This document shows positions 1-10,128 of a stretch of DNA of 64,000 nucleotides, piece after piece (position 1 is the first letter of the stretch; each line of letters starts with the position of its first letter). The translations under genes and the position numbers were made by a program. Source of the stretch: an uncultured virus (IMG/VR IMGVR_UViG_3300013232_000154) (lineage: Duplodnaviria > Heunggongvirae > Uroviricota > Caudoviricetes); the IMG/VR virus record IMGVR_UViG_3300013232_000154, one strand, 5' to 3'. A model generated the notes under the pieces. The model saw only the letters and a program-made list of their open reading frames with translations, was not told the origin of the DNA and ran no database searches.

Positions 1-507
1 AAGAAAGACGGCAGTGTTTTCGTGAACTGCCGTAGGAATACCATCATCGAAATTCCAGACGTGAAAAACACGTACTGGAAAGCCATCGAGCAGTACGGCC
101 TCGTTGAAATGGCCAAGAAGATGATGGAGACCTTGTCCGAAGACGTCACCATCTACGGTGAGCTGATCGGGCCAGGCATCCAGAAGAACATCTACGCATT
201 GAAAGAACATCAGGTCCGCGTTTTCGACGTGAAAATCGGACAGAAGTGGATGCCCGTCGAGCCGTTCATCGCGGCTTTCAGCTCATGCGCTGAGTTGCTC
301 GTTCCTCGTCTCTGGAAGGGGAAGCTTAGCGAGTTCCTTGGCGGGCGTACGATCAAGCAAGCCTCTGATGGGATGTCCATGTTGAATCCCATGCAAAAAC
401 GCGAGGGGATTGTCATTCGTCCTCTTGTCGAAGACGAGGTTCCGCAGTTCGGGCGCTTGATCTTGAAGCAGCGAAGCGCAGAATACCTCGCTGAAAGCGA
501 CACGTAA
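1..507 (+). CDS. ATP-dependent RNA ligase (DRB0094/Rnl2-like), 5' part outside window
   Basis: Ligase motifs IYGELIGPGIQKNIY, VFDV, REGIVIRP, LILKQ. Confidence 0.8.
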   Translation, partial: KKDGSVFVNCRRNTIIEIPDVKNTYWKAIEQYGLVEMAKKMMETLSEDVTIYGELIGPGIQKNIYALKEHQVRVFDVKIGQKWMPVEPFIAAFSSCAELLVPRLWKGKLSEFLGGRTIKQASDGMSMLNPMQKREGIVIRPLVEDEVPQFGRLILKQRSAEYLAESDT

Positions 508-529
508 GCTCAATTACCTTGGAGGATAC

Positions 530-724
530 ATGGCACCAAACAAACTCGTGAAGGACTGGAATGACAACCAGACTCCGCTGAAAGTTCGTACGATGACATC
601 GGCGGAAGACGTTCCATGTCTAGTGGTTGAATCCGTTGACGGAAGCCGAGCACTAGTGCTTGAGTTTGACGGCAAAGACTTCATTTGGCCAGAAGTGCTT
701 CCGAGAGAAGTAAAGGCAAAGTGA
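530..724 (+). CDS. hypothetical protein
   Basis: GGAGG SD, operon position. Confidence 0.6.
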   Translation: MAPNKLVKDWNDNQTPLKVRTMTSAEDVPCLVVESVDGSRALVLEFDGKDFIWPEVLPREVKAK

Positions 725-754
725 GAAACCCAATTGCCTTGAAAGGAGCGTAGC

Positions 755-967
755 ATGAAGATAGGCGACAAAGTTGAGGTTTTAGACCCTGGTCTTGCGA
801 TGCTTCGCAGGTTGATGGGCAAACGTGCCAAGGCTAACAATTTAGGAGTTGTGCAAGAAATCATGGATAACGGCGACGTTCTTGTAGCGTTCCCGATCGG
901 GAAAGGAGATGAGGCCCACTCTCAAATCGCTCCTTACCCCAAACACATGGTGAGAGTTTTGGGCTGA
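755..967 (+). CDS. hypothetical protein (SH3/KOW-like start MKIGDKV)
   Basis: AAGGAG SD. Confidence 0.65.
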   Translation: MKIGDKVEVLDPGLAMLRRLMGKRAKANNLGVVQEIMDNGDVLVAFPIGKGDEAHSQIAPYPKHMVRVLG

Positions 968-1139
968 ATGGCAAAGCGTAAACGTAACTGGAGGTTAGCG
1001 TGTACGTAGCATTGAGAGAAGAACGGAAGATGTGGGCCTGCATCTCCAACTCTCGCCATTTTCCAAAATGGCACAGATCACATCGGAAATGGCTTAGGCG
1101 ATACAATTACTGGTTGCGTATGTTTCGCAGGAGGATGGA

Positions 1140-1397
1140 ATGGCAAAGCGTAAACGTAGAAAGCGTTTTTCAACCATCATTCGAGAAATGACTCCTATAC
1201 TCGTCAAGGAGTTGTGTAAGGCAGCAAAGAAGTACCGCTCTTGCGGGCCAGAATGTTTTCTCGTTGGGAAGAAGTCGTGTCGTACTTGCGGCATCAAAGT
1301 GGGTCGTGAACGGTTTGATAACGGTCTTTCTTGCGGGATTCATTGCGACGAGTGTTTCGATCACATGGTCGCAGAGGCCCGAAGCAAAAGCTGGTGA
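1140..1397 (+). CDS. hypothetical Cys-rich protein
   Basis: GGAGG SD; CxxC pairs. Confidence 0.6.
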   Translation: MAKRKRRKRFSTIIREMTPILVKELCKAAKKYRSCGPECFLVGKKSCRTCGIKVGRERFDNGLSCGIHCDECFDHMVAEARSKSW

Positions 1398-1567
1398 GAA
1401 GCCATGAAGAAAATGAAGAAGCGGATGAGAAAGTACAGATGCTCGGCTTGTGGCGCAGTAATACTGCGCATGGCTTCAACAAAGACCTATAAGTCTTACT
1501 GCGAGAAGTCGGATCGATACGTACGGATCAGACTAGTAGAAAAGAAGAAGTAGGGCCTTAAGAAAGC

Positions 1568-1843
1568 TTGGAGAATGACATGGCCGACGGAGAGGGCTGT
1601 AAGTGCGAAGCGCATGGAGAATGCGAGTGCAGTTGTCCAGATGTTGACTGGACGCCGAAAGAACTCGTTCTTGCGAGGAAGCGCATCGCCGCGCTTGAAG
1701 CCGTAATCATACACATGCGCTCTTGCCGAAAGCCACCCTCATATTGCGCCGTATGCAATGACCTCTTGGCCGTAGCCGAGATGCTTGATGAGCAAAGCAA
1801 ACTGCTTCCAGAGGACAGTGGCGAAGACCCATTTGGCAGTTAA
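1568..1843 (+). CDS. hypothetical Cys-rich protein
   Basis: ORF in + operon. Confidence 0.55.
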   Translation: MENDMADGEGCKCEAHGECECSCPDVDWTPKELVLARKRIAALEAVIIHMRSCRKPPSYCAVCNDLLAVAEMLDEQSKLLPEDSGEDPFGS

Positions 1844-1855
1844 AAGGAGCATTAA

Positions 1856-2125
1856 GTGGCTTGCAACCAGGAAAAACGAGAACATGACTCTGAGTTCACA
1901 GAGTTTGAAATCAAATGCAAGATGCGGTCTCGATGGGTTCCGCATTTTCTGGCTATGTTGAAATACATGCAGCAGTTAGGATCCATGGGAGGGTCACGGC
2001 TTGTTTCGTTTTACTCTGATGGAGATGGAGACTTCAGGCCAGAATTCAAATGGGACAAAAGCCTCAAATCAGATGTTAAACCAGTTCGAGATGATCATGG
2101 CAACAGAACGTTTGATGCCGGATAG
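1856..2125 (+). CDS. hypothetical phage protein
   Basis: AAGGAG SD; DGDGDFRP motif. Confidence 0.65.
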   Translation: MACNQEKREHDSEFTEFEIKCKMRSRWVPHFLAMLKYMQQLGSMGGSRLVSFYSDGDGDFRPEFKWDKSLKSDVKPVRDDHGNRTFDAG

Positions 2126-2352
2126 TACAATAGTACTGATCCAATTTTGGAGGTTTCAACTAAGATGATTGTGAGACATAGAGATCTTCAAGAAGGCCCA
2201 CAAACTTGCATCAACGGGATGTGGGTTCCAGTTAGGCCAGAGAATTATAAATTTCGGTCTTTTCGAGAACGCATACGAGAGGCATGGCTTGTTTTCCTTG
2301 GTAAGTACGATCCATTTGTCTGGCCACAAGATGAAAAATAAAGGAGCATGAA

Positions 2353-3489
2353 GTGATCAAAGCCAGCCTGATCTACGACGGTCGAGGATACCCAAACATC
2401 CCAGAGGAGATGGGCAAGCCTAAGACAGGTCAACTCCAAGGGATGCCATCTGAGCAGCTCTCCGAGCTTGCTGGGAGAGTCTGCTACGACTCACTTGGAA
2501 AAGGAAGGGACAGCCAGGAATTCCACAAGCATGTTCTCGAGGTCGGACACCTTTCCGTCTACGAACACTTTCATTTCACTGTGGTAATTGAGTTGTCTCT
2601 CGGCCCTAACGATTACGGAACGGTTCGGCCTGGGCCGCTGCTTTATCTGTACCAAGCGATCGCCAACAGACCAGGCATCTATGTAGCCCCGTACGGGCAC
2701 AGAGGCGTCCGCCTCACGGTTAATTTGAGATCTGTCTTAGACTGGGCCAAGTTCACGGAGCAATTCGTTCCTAAAGACACTAACCAAGAAACCGTTGCAA
2801 AAGCCCTCGGTGATGCGCTGGAGAACGTGGCTGCGCTGCTCGCTCCCATGGTAGTTAAGCCAAAGCGTCCTGTCTGCTCGCAGACAGTCGAGATCGGATT
2901 TGGACTGAAGATGCCAGTCTCCAACATGGAAGCGGAAGACGAACATGAGAAGTATGTGACCCTGTTCCTCTCTGGGAGCCGAGGCAACTCCCACGAGCAA
3001 GTCAGACACGGCGATTGGACAGCAATCAGCCAACGTAGTACTCGATTCGTAGACGAAACAGATACCCCATGGGTCGAGCATCCCCTCCTTGAGGCATTCT
3101 TCATCCAGACCAGCAACGAACCACTCAAGAGAAGGCATCTTGACCTCATTGAACAAGCGCGGTCAGTCTACAAAGAGACTGTTGATTCCCTCGAGAAGTG
3201 GGAAACCGAAAAGGGCGTCGAGAAGATTTCAGCAAGGAAGCAGGCTCGTGGGGCGGCCCGTGGGTTCCTTGGGAACGCCTTGATGACAGAACTGGTCTTC
3301 TCGGCCTCGGTCTGGCAGTGGAAGCACATGCTGAAGCAGAGGTGTTCGGTCTATGCGGATGCCGAGATCAGACAGATGTACGTCGGGGTCCTTCAAGCCT
3401 TGAAGCGAACCCAGTACTACGACTCGTTCAAGGACATGGATACGATGCTTTGCCCAGACGGGATCGGCAAGTGTCTGAGAGGAGACTGA
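2353..3489 (+). CDS. thyX: flavin-dependent thymidylate synthase (tandem-domain ThyX)
   Basis: AGRVCYDS, GHLSVYEH, HEQVRH..SQRSTRFVD, ADAEIR motifs. Confidence 0.85.
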   Translation: MIKASLIYDGRGYPNIPEEMGKPKTGQLQGMPSEQLSELAGRVCYDSLGKGRDSQEFHKHVLEVGHLSVYEHFHFTVVIELSLGPNDYGTVRPGPLLYLYQAIANRPGIYVAPYGHRGVRLTVNLRSVLDWAKFTEQFVPKDTNQETVAKALGDALENVAALLAPMVVKPKRPVCSQTVEIGFGLKMPVSNMEAEDEHEKYVTLFLSGSRGNSHEQVRHGDWTAISQRSTRFVDETDTPWVEHPLLEAFFIQTSNEPLKRRHLDLIEQARSVYKETVDSLEKWETEKGVEKISARKQARGAARGFLGNALMTELVFSASVWQWKHMLKQRCSVYADAEIRQMYVGVLQALKRTQYYDSFKDMDTMLCPDGIGKCLRGD

Positions 3490-3491
3490 CG

Positions 3492-3812
3492 ATGCTTTTC
3501 ATGGCATTTAATCAAGAAGGAAGGGCTTTTTTACTTGGGTACTTCAAAGACTTGGATGCTGCCAAAGAAGAAGTACTAAAGTATGGCGAAGAAAAATACT
3601 ACGGGTTACTTCTAACTGACGTGATGATCGTAGGGCTCGAAGGACTTCTAATAAAAGTGAGACGCGAAGAGTACAGAGAAAGGCAGCGGGAGCTTTCTAT
3701 TAAACGAGAAGCCAAGTACGAGGAAGAACAAAGGCTCGCAAAAGAAGCCAAGGAACGCGCAGAGTACGAACGCCTCAAGGCCAAGTTTGAGCAGAAGGAA
3801 AGCAAAGCATGA
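3492..3812 (+). CDS. hypothetical protein, coiled-coil C-terminus
   Basis: GGAG SD; ERAEYERLKAKF tail. Confidence 0.6.
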   Translation: MLFMAFNQEGRAFLLGYFKDLDAAKEEVLKYGEEKYYGLLLTDVMIVGLEGLLIKVRREEYRERQRELSIKREAKYEEEQRLAKEAKERAEYERLKAKFEQKESKA

Positions 3813-4099
3813 ATGGTAACGAGTTCTACAAAGAAATGGAAAATAAGGATGCCCCGTCTGAACGTCCATACGGATGGATACAATGGAAGGGAACAGACGT
3901 GTGCATGGATGTGCATTGCGTCTGCGGACACCATGGACACGTAGACAAGGACTTCTTCTATTTCTACAAGTGTCCTAAATGCGGAAAGAAGTATGCGGTA
4001 GGGGCAGTCGTCAAACTCATCCCTTTGACCGATGAACAAGCTTCCTATGTTGAATCAACTGCGGTTGGTTTCCATTCTGGAACAGACGAGGAGGAGTGA
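3809..4099 (+). CDS. Zn-ribbon hypothetical protein
   Basis: WIQWKGTDVCMD, CxC and CPKC. Confidence 0.7.
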   Translation: MNGNEFYKEMENKDAPSERPYGWIQWKGTDVCMDVHCVCGHHGHVDKDFFYFYKCPKCGKKYAVGAVVKLIPLTDEQASYVESTAVGFHSGTDEEE

Positions 4100-4479
4100 T
4101 GGATACAATCGACCAGACTGGCTCGTGGCTTCTTCGGGCCAAGACGATTGAGTTCTTGATCGCATTGGTCATACTTGTTCCAGTACTGATCTTCTTATTG
4201 ATGAAGTTCGTTCGAGACCTGATTGGGCTTCCGTTTGGAAGAGTTCCCAGTACCTTCGTGAAACAAAACGACGTCAAGCTGATCAAGTCGCTCTTGGCGC
4301 AGAGCCGTAACTTTGTGGCAATCAGCGAAAGAGAGGCCGTGGCCAGACTGTTCGTCGCGAACGGGATCTACTTCATCAAAGGGCCATTCCGAAGCCCCGT
4401 CAACTTCACTGACGAGGAACTAAAGAGGATGCCCACGAACGCGGAACTCATGAATGCCCGCTTGAAGGAAAATACTTGA
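4096..4479 (+). CDS. membrane protein
   Basis: N-terminal hydrophobic helix; coupled start. Confidence 0.6.
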   Translation: MMDTIDQTGSWLLRAKTIEFLIALVILVPVLIFLLMKFVRDLIGLPFGRVPSTFVKQNDVKLIKSLLAQSRNFVAISEREAVARLFVANGIYFIKGPFRSPVNFTDEELKRMPTNAELMNARLKENT

Positions 4480-4744
4480 CACACGTCAAATCCAATGTAT
4501 GATGTTAGCAGAGGGTTGAGAAATGACATAGGTAGCAGCTAATTTTCATACGCGGGGGACCACCGCGACGGTAGGAGAGACGAGTTCTGGCTTCCAAGCC
4601 AGGCTCGTCTTTTTTTGTCCCTAGAAAGGATGATGCCATGACATAGGTACAGTTCCGTAATCGAGGCCCTCCCTTTCTCCTTCTATGACCTAACTCATGG
4701 CCATGTGGCCATGGGTAAAACCATAGATCAAAGGAGAAAAGAAG
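4477..4744 (+). promoter_or_regulatory. sigma70-type promoter and leader with two ATG-ACA-TAG minigenes, a terminator and an SD-sequestering stem
   Basis: TTGACA-N16-TATGAT at 4477; ATGACATAGGTA at 4523 and 4638; anti-SD 4673-4687. Confidence 0.65.
4578..4616 (+). terminator. intrinsic terminator in leader
   Basis: AGACGAG..CTCGTCT stem followed by T-run. Confidence 0.75.
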
Positions 4745-5173
4745 ATGATTACCCTAAGAAACGCGCTCGTGTACCTCGCCCATCAGGAAGCCGATAGGAT
4801 CCACTGGTACAAGACCACCAACGTGCAGTTCGGCCCGAAGTCCGCCGACTGGACGTCCTACACTCGTTCCAAGAAGATGGCCTCGCTGTACTTGACGGCC
4901 ATCGCCATAGTCAAGCACTTCAACATGGACCAGGAAACCTTCAAGAAGAAGGTCTTCAAGGCCACGGTGTACGAGGCCCTCCGCGCCAACAAGAAACTCC
5001 AAGCCCACTCCCCGAAGCGAGCCGCAAGGAAGCTTGTTCGGAGGGCGCTCAGGCAGATCAAACGGCTTGATCTGCAAGCGATGGCCAAGGACGTGATCCC
5101 GTGGCTCAAAGAACGCGAGATCGAGCGAGTGAACCGTGTCATGGAGGAAGCCAAATGCGCCTCTACGCGGTGA
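4745..5173 (+). CDS. hypothetical protein, first gene of Pth operon
   Basis: AAGGAG SD; overlaps next gene. Confidence 0.7.
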   Translation: MITLRNALVYLAHQEADRIHWYKTTNVQFGPKSADWTSYTRSKKMASLYLTAIAIVKHFNMDQETFKKKVFKATVYEALRANKKLQAHSPKRAARKLVRRALRQIKRLDLQAMAKDVIPWLKEREIERVNRVMEEAKCASTR

Positions 5174-5484
5174 GTCGTGGCGACCTCAGCCCTGGCCAGC
5201 AAGCCGTCCAGGCTTGCCACGCGGTTGCGGACTTGTGCGTCCGCAACCGCGACGAGGCTATTTCGGAATGGGCCGACAACCACAAGACCATGGTCATCCT
5301 CGGGGCCAAAGACGAACACGAGCTAAGGGCGCTTCTAGAGGCCCTTAGCTCGGCTGGGCTAAGATGCCAGCCATTCTTCGAGCCAGACATAGGAGACCAA
5401 CTGACGGCATTCGCCATCCACCCAGGCGACTGGATGGAGGCGAAGGCGCGGCTTTCAAGGATGCCGCTTTTAGGAAAGAGGTGA
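5155..5484 (+). CDS. peptidyl-tRNA hydrolase (PTH2-like)
   Basis: R-DLSPGQQAVQACHA, FFEPDIGDQLTA motifs. Confidence 0.75.
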   Translation: MRLYAVSRGDLSPGQQAVQACHAVADLCVRNRDEAISEWADNHKTMVILGAKDEHELRALLEALSSAGLRCQPFFEPDIGDQLTAFAIHPGDWMEAKARLSRMPLLGKR

Positions 5485-5487
5485 ACC

Positions 5488-5778
5488 ATGAACGGGCGTG
5501 GCGACAACAGAACGATAGAACCACACAACGGCAGATGGGCTGGAGAGAACTGGATCTTTCATCTTCGAACGCCAAGGGCGCGAAAAAGGTACTTCTGTGA
5601 TGCCTGTGGACAGGCAATAAACAAGGGGGATCGCTATGTGAACTACGTGACCGCAAACCTTGAGGGGCCAGGAATGGAGACGTGGCATATTCATGGCGAA
5701 TGCTACGAAGAGAACACGCCGATGTTCTCTGGTATCAGGCCAGACTGGAGGTTCTGGTGGCCACAAGATCATGACTAA
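5488..5778 (+). CDS. Zn-finger hypothetical protein
   Basis: ARKRYFCDAC..IxKG..HxEC. Confidence 0.6.
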   Translation: MNGRGDNRTIEPHNGRWAGENWIFHLRTPRARKRYFCDACGQAINKGDRYVNYVTANLEGPGMETWHIHGECYEENTPMFSGIRPDWRFWWPQDHD

Positions 5779-6064
5779 GGCAGGTATAATCAAGCCAAGG
5801 AGTCCAACCATGGTAAGACATAAGTTTAGCGAGTTGATACACGGGATGATATTCATGCATGGGGAATACAAGAGGCGGTACATTCGCATCGAGGACGTGG
5901 AAGACTTCAGCAAGCAGAAGTGGAACTCTGTCTCCTTGAGCGGCGGAGTCCTGAACTACTTCCCCAAGAACGCCATAATCCTCGTCACGAACAAGGTCTC
6001 CCAAAGAATACAGGCAAATAACAGACGTAAATTGAAATCGTTTCCCATGCGCAGGACTGTTTAA
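5771..6064 (+). CDS. hypothetical protein
   Basis: coupled ORF. Confidence 0.5.
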   Translation: MTKAGIIKPRSPTMVRHKFSELIHGMIFMHGEYKRRYIRIEDVEDFSKQKWNSVSLSGGVLNYFPKNAIILVTNKVSQRIQANNRRKLKSFPMRRTV

Positions 6065-6112
6065 TTAACGCCTGATTTTCAATCAAATCATTTCAAGCGA
6101 TCCAATGCCCAC

Positions 6113-6140
6113 TTGACAAACTCCAAAGATGTGCTATAAT
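6113..6140 (+). promoter_or_regulatory. sigma70-type promoter
   Basis: TTGACA-N16-TATAAT. Confidence 0.75.
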
Positions 6141-6164
6141 TAATGTAGAAAGGAGCGATGAAAT

Positions 6165-6812
6165 ATGCGCTTGAAGATCGAAGACGTGGCTGGAGTCGTG
6201 GACAAGAGGATGAGGGTGATCTGCAAGTGGCTGGGTTCTCAGTTCCCGCAAGTCAAGGGATCTCGGACGCTCAAGATCAGACGGTCGAGAAAAAACAGGT
6301 ACTACGGGTATTGCTACGGGTCATGGGCCGACGTGTGGATCGACTGGGAGAAGAGGGAGTACCCGTACACCGTCGCAGACCACCGCTTTGAGTCGGCCAA
6401 CTGCTGGAAGGAAAGCTACCCAGTCAACAACGTCTACGAACTGTTCGTGTCCATCGCTGGGCACGAGCTGGCTCACATGCAACGTGCGGGCAAGCGCATG
6501 AGAAAGTCAAGGCGCGAGGCCTTCTGCAACAAACGAGGCAAAGAACTCGTCGAGCTTTTTAGGGCTGAGAACATCTTGGACGTCGCAGAGAACCAGGCGA
6601 ACTCCTTCTATGAGGAGATCGATCAGAAAATCAAGGAAGACGAGAAGTCCAAAGCGTGGAAGAGTTCGCCTCAAGGGATTGCGGATGCCCTTGAACAGAG
6701 GAAAAAGGTCTGGATGACCAAGCTGAAAAGAGCGCAAAACGCCATCAAGAAGATCGATCGGAAGATCAGATACAACCAAAAGAAACTTGACCATTCCACG
6801 TCTTCGTGCTAG
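6165..6812 (+). CDS. putative Zn-metalloprotein (HExxH)
   Basis: HELAH motif; follows promoter. Confidence 0.65.
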   Translation: MRLKIEDVAGVVDKRMRVICKWLGSQFPQVKGSRTLKIRRSRKNRYYGYCYGSWADVWIDWEKREYPYTVADHRFESANCWKESYPVNNVYELFVSIAGHELAHMQRAGKRMRKSRREAFCNKRGKELVELFRAENILDVAENQANSFYEEIDQKIKEDEKSKAWKSSPQGIADALEQRKKVWMTKLKRAQNAIKKIDRKIRYNQKKLDHSTSSC

Positions 6813-7363
6813 CATCATGGCATGTGTGGCGGCGAATGGCCAGAGAGATGCCCTCATTGCCTGCAACCCGTCTTCCTTGGAACTGGGACGGGAGACAAAC
6901 TTTGTGGTTGTGGCGCGTGCAATCACTCGGCTTACGTCAACCTCGCCCCATACCGAGAACCAGAACCAAAAGAAAAACACCCTTGGAGACCACCAAGGTC
7001 TAAGCCTTCAAAGCCGCGCAAAACAGTTGACACAATCGAGGTGATCATAGAATCGTGGTTCTTGAAGTGGACTACGAGGGCGATTGGGTTCAGATAGTCA
7101 AAGGAGACGTTCCTTGAGTACGCAGAACGAAGCGCAGACAACGCCGCAGATTACACACCCAATGCAATGGCTCTTATTGGGGTTCGTTATAGGCGCTTCC
7201 GCAATGGGATTTCTCCTCGTAATTGTTCCAAGCAAGCACGAAAAAGACCGCCTGAAGATGGAGGCGGATGCCACCAAGTATGGGTATGGCATATACGTCC
7301 CCGACGAGGATTCAAGACCACAGTTCAAATGGATCATTCCACCAGATAAAAAGGGGCCAACCC

Positions 7364-7549
7364 ATGAAATCGGTCGATAAGATTGCATCAGAAGTACGTA
7401 AACTAAGAAAAGAGATAGAGGCTCTCGAGACACGCGAATCCTCCCTCTGTAGGGAGTTGCAGAAGCAACTATGTAATGGTTGCCTCCAAGCCGTACGTTG
7501 TTGGGAAACAGACATCATGAACTGCGTAAATTGGAGAAAAAAGCAATGA
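7364..7549 (+). CDS. small coiled-coil protein
   Basis: SD and coupled start. Confidence 0.5.
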   Translation: MKSVDKIASEVRKLRKEIEALETRESSLCRELQKQLCNGCLQAVRCWETDIMNCVNWRKKQ

Positions 7550-7582
7550 GGAATTGGTAGGATCGGTAGCGTATTCGTCCTC

Positions 7583-8005
7583 ATGAACGAAATCAAACCG
7601 CCACTTGTCACAGCTTGGGTACGCCGCGAATGCAAGTTCGCCGAGCCACAGCCCAGGAACGTGGCCACGTTCTTCGGAGAACCTTTCTGGTGCGGAGCCG
7701 TGGATATTGAGTCTGGCGAAATACTTGAGGTCCATACGTTCGAAGAGGCAGAGGGAGTTGACTTCCATCATTCCTTCTACTTTAGCGAAGAGGCTCAAGA
7801 GGGCATGCGTAATGGATCCGTTGGATTCTTCTACATGAGCCCAGACGGACACGTCAACGTGGATATGGTAGAACGATCCGAGTTCCATCACGCCATAAAC
7901 CCGCATCTCTCTTCAAAGATCCTCTCCCAAATAACCGTACGACGTCCAGAAACACCTTCCCCTTGGGCGCTTCCAAACGCCAAACGTCCCGTCGAAGGCG
8001 ACTGA
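7583..8005 (+). CDS. hypothetical protein with N-terminal W-x4-CKFA motif
   Basis: VTAWVRRECKFA; AGG-N18-CGTAT-N8-ATG upstream. Confidence 0.65.
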   Translation: MNEIKPPLVTAWVRRECKFAEPQPRNVATFFGEPFWCGAVDIESGEILEVHTFEEAEGVDFHHSFYFSEEAQEGMRNGSVGFFYMSPDGHVNVDMVERSEFHHAINPHLSSKILSQITVRRPETPSPWALPNAKRPVEGD

Positions 8006-8061
8006 AAAACTGTTGACCAGCGAAAAGCTTGTGCTAGCATTCTCCTCAGGAGGATGCGATC

Positions 8062-8649
8062 ATGAGCCAGTACATGCCAGAGAACTCTCCGTTCACAAAG
8101 TACGTTACCATGGTTAGAGACTCTGGTCTCGCTGATGATAATATGGAAAACCAACGCGTCTCGACCATGAACTGCATACATATTCGTTTGTTGCAGATGG
8201 TGAAGTTCTTCGAGGACATGGAGGCATACGGATTCAGAAGCGAGGAAGAGAGAAGCATCCTTCTAGCCTTCAAACCAGCCCTCCTTGACGCATCCAAAAA
8301 GGTTGATAGGCTTGAGCGCGAGTATCATCAGCGCAACGCTTTGAAGCACGCTTTTACATGCAAGACTATGAGCGCCTTCCAGAAGGACATTTGCGGGCTT
8401 CTTTTGTCGATCAAACTCCCAGCAAACGCGTTCTTCGAGTACGTGACCGACCCAGATTCCAACCCCCCACGGACACTCGACTTCGCCATCCCAAACAAGC
8501 GCATTGGGATTGCCATCGGCGACAAGGACAAATGCTATGATGCCCTGGCAGTTTCATACGGATGGACGATCTTGAGGTTCTCGGAACAAGAGTTCGTCAA
8601 CGATCCAGACTGGGTTCACAAAACGATCAGACAGGCGGTGACAAGATGA
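8062..8649 (+). CDS. protein with C-terminal Vsr/DUF559-like nuclease fold
   Basis: LDFAIP..IGIAI..GWTILRF. Confidence 0.5.
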   Translation: MSQYMPENSPFTKYVTMVRDSGLADDNMENQRVSTMNCIHIRLLQMVKFFEDMEAYGFRSEEERSILLAFKPALLDASKKVDRLEREYHQRNALKHAFTCKTMSAFQKDICGLLLSIKLPANAFFEYVTDPDSNPPRTLDFAIPNKRIGIAIGDKDKCYDALAVSYGWTILRFSEQEFVNDPDWVHKTIRQAVTR

Positions 8650-8972
8650 AGTTTCCCAAAAAGATCCCAGGGTATTCCAAGGTAAAGGTCAAACGCGTCA
8701 ACTTCAGCAAAACAGAATACCCCACATTCCAGTTCAGGTTCTGGCTCCCAGATCACCCAATGAGGATCCTCCAAGGAGTACCAAATGGAGACCCAAAGGA
8801 CATCATTAAAAATGCTGTTGAAGGCATCGAAGACCTCAAAAAACAAGGGCTAACCCCAACCGAAGTGATCATTGTCACAAGCGACAACCACAAGGGAAAG
8901 GCCTCTGTTGTAGTAAGTGACCCACGTCAGCCACTGTACAAGTACGGGGAACATCCAGATCCAGATGAATAG
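8646..8972 (+). CDS. hypothetical protein
   Basis: ATGA-coupled. Confidence 0.55.
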   Translation: MKFPKKIPGYSKVKVKRVNFSKTEYPTFQFRFWLPDHPMRILQGVPNGDPKDIIKNAVEGIEDLKKQGLTPTEVIIVTSDNHKGKASVVVSDPRQPLYKYGEHPDPDE

Positions 8973-9336
8973 GAGTCTTGTAATGAGTTCAGTTGCCGAG
9001 TTCATTTTATCGAACAGAGTTCACAGGTACTTGACTGACAAAAAGTACAAGGGGCGTAAGCCATCTGGCTCCAGATCCAATTATTTCGCCTTGGTCTACG
9101 TAAACAAAGAACCCTATGCCTTGAAGATTGAACTGTCAAGACACAAAGGTGTTGGATCAGTTTGTTTCTATCTCCACTATCCACAAGACATTAAGGTTGA
9201 CAAAGAAGCGCACACTTTCATGCCAGGCAGTTGGACAACTTGTATCATGTGGAAGGGGCTGTACGGGAAGAAGAAGTTCAAGGTTTCTAACGGCGGCTGG
9301 TTGTGGATCAAGGTTACTAAAGGAGATGACCAATGA
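8965..9336 (+). CDS. hypothetical protein
   Basis: coupled ORF. Confidence 0.55.
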   Translation: MNRSLVMSSVAEFILSNRVHRYLTDKKYKGRKPSGSRSNYFALVYVNKEPYALKIELSRHKGVGSVCFYLHYPQDIKVDKEAHTFMPGSWTTCIMWKGLYGKKKFKVSNGGWLWIKVTKGDDQ

Positions 9337-9818
9337 GAAAAGTCAAAACGCTAGATAAGTGGCCAGCTAAATGGACCAAAGGACGACCAACGGTGGTCAG
9401 TCAACATATCTCGGCTTTCCAAGCAACACTTGGTGACGGGGCGCTAATAACCTCAGCCAGAGTCTCAACTCGAGGCGCGATTGCCGAGTCGGGAGGACCA
9501 GAACCATTTGATATCGCTTGCAACATTGGAGAGAAGTCGGAGCAAGGGATGAAAGACGCCTTGCTACTTGTTCTTAGGGAAAAAATGATAAATGACCTTG
9601 AGGCTGCAAACAAAATCCTCAAGTCTTACTTCACGGGAGCCAACCTGACAATAGAGGAGGCAACAACGGCATTGCTCTATTCACCCGCAATGTCCGTATG
9701 CATTTCTAACTCAAAAATGACCAAAGACGAGTTACTTAAGAAGCACGCCGAGCTTCGTCAAAACAGACGCAAAAAGTACGAAGAGATGCTTGACGTTGTC
9801 AAAGGTCTAACGGAATGA
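9333..9818 (+). CDS. hypothetical protein
   Basis: ATGA-coupled, SD. Confidence 0.6.
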   Translation: MRKVKTLDKWPAKWTKGRPTVVSQHISAFQATLGDGALITSARVSTRGAIAESGGPEPFDIACNIGEKSEQGMKDALLLVLREKMINDLEAANKILKSYFTGANLTIEEATTALLYSPAMSVCISNSKMTKDELLKKHAELRQNRRKKYEEMLDVVKGLTE

Positions 9819-10090
9819 CCGAAGCCAGACTCTTCTCTCTTGAAGCCGAGGCCAGGAAGGTCTTGGACAACGCATGCAAGCATAGGGATCGCATGTACCG
9901 CCTTGAGTACAAAGAGTGGAAGAAGATCATGAAGATGTTCGAGCGGGCCGCGTTCTTGCTCAAGCAAAGTGGAGACACCAGTTACCTCAACCTCATAAAA
10001 CCGTTCATCAAAATGTGTCGCAGACGGGTCGAAAGTTCCCCGTTTCATAGGGCGGACAGAAGCCGTGCCAAAAAAACCAGAAAAAGTTGA
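9815..10090 (+). CDS. hypothetical protein
   Basis: ATGA-coupled. Confidence 0.55.
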   Translation: MTEARLFSLEAEARKVLDNACKHRDRMYRLEYKEWKKIMKMFERAAFLLKQSGDTSYLNLIKPFIKMCRRRVESSPFHRADRSRAKKTRKS

Positions 10091-10100
10091 AGGAGTTCCC

Positions 10101-10128
10101 TTGACTCGCGTGTATGATATGGTAGAGT
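10101..10128 (+). promoter_or_regulatory. promoter of tRNA array 1
   Basis: TTGACT-N16-TAGAGT with extended TG. Confidence 0.65.
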
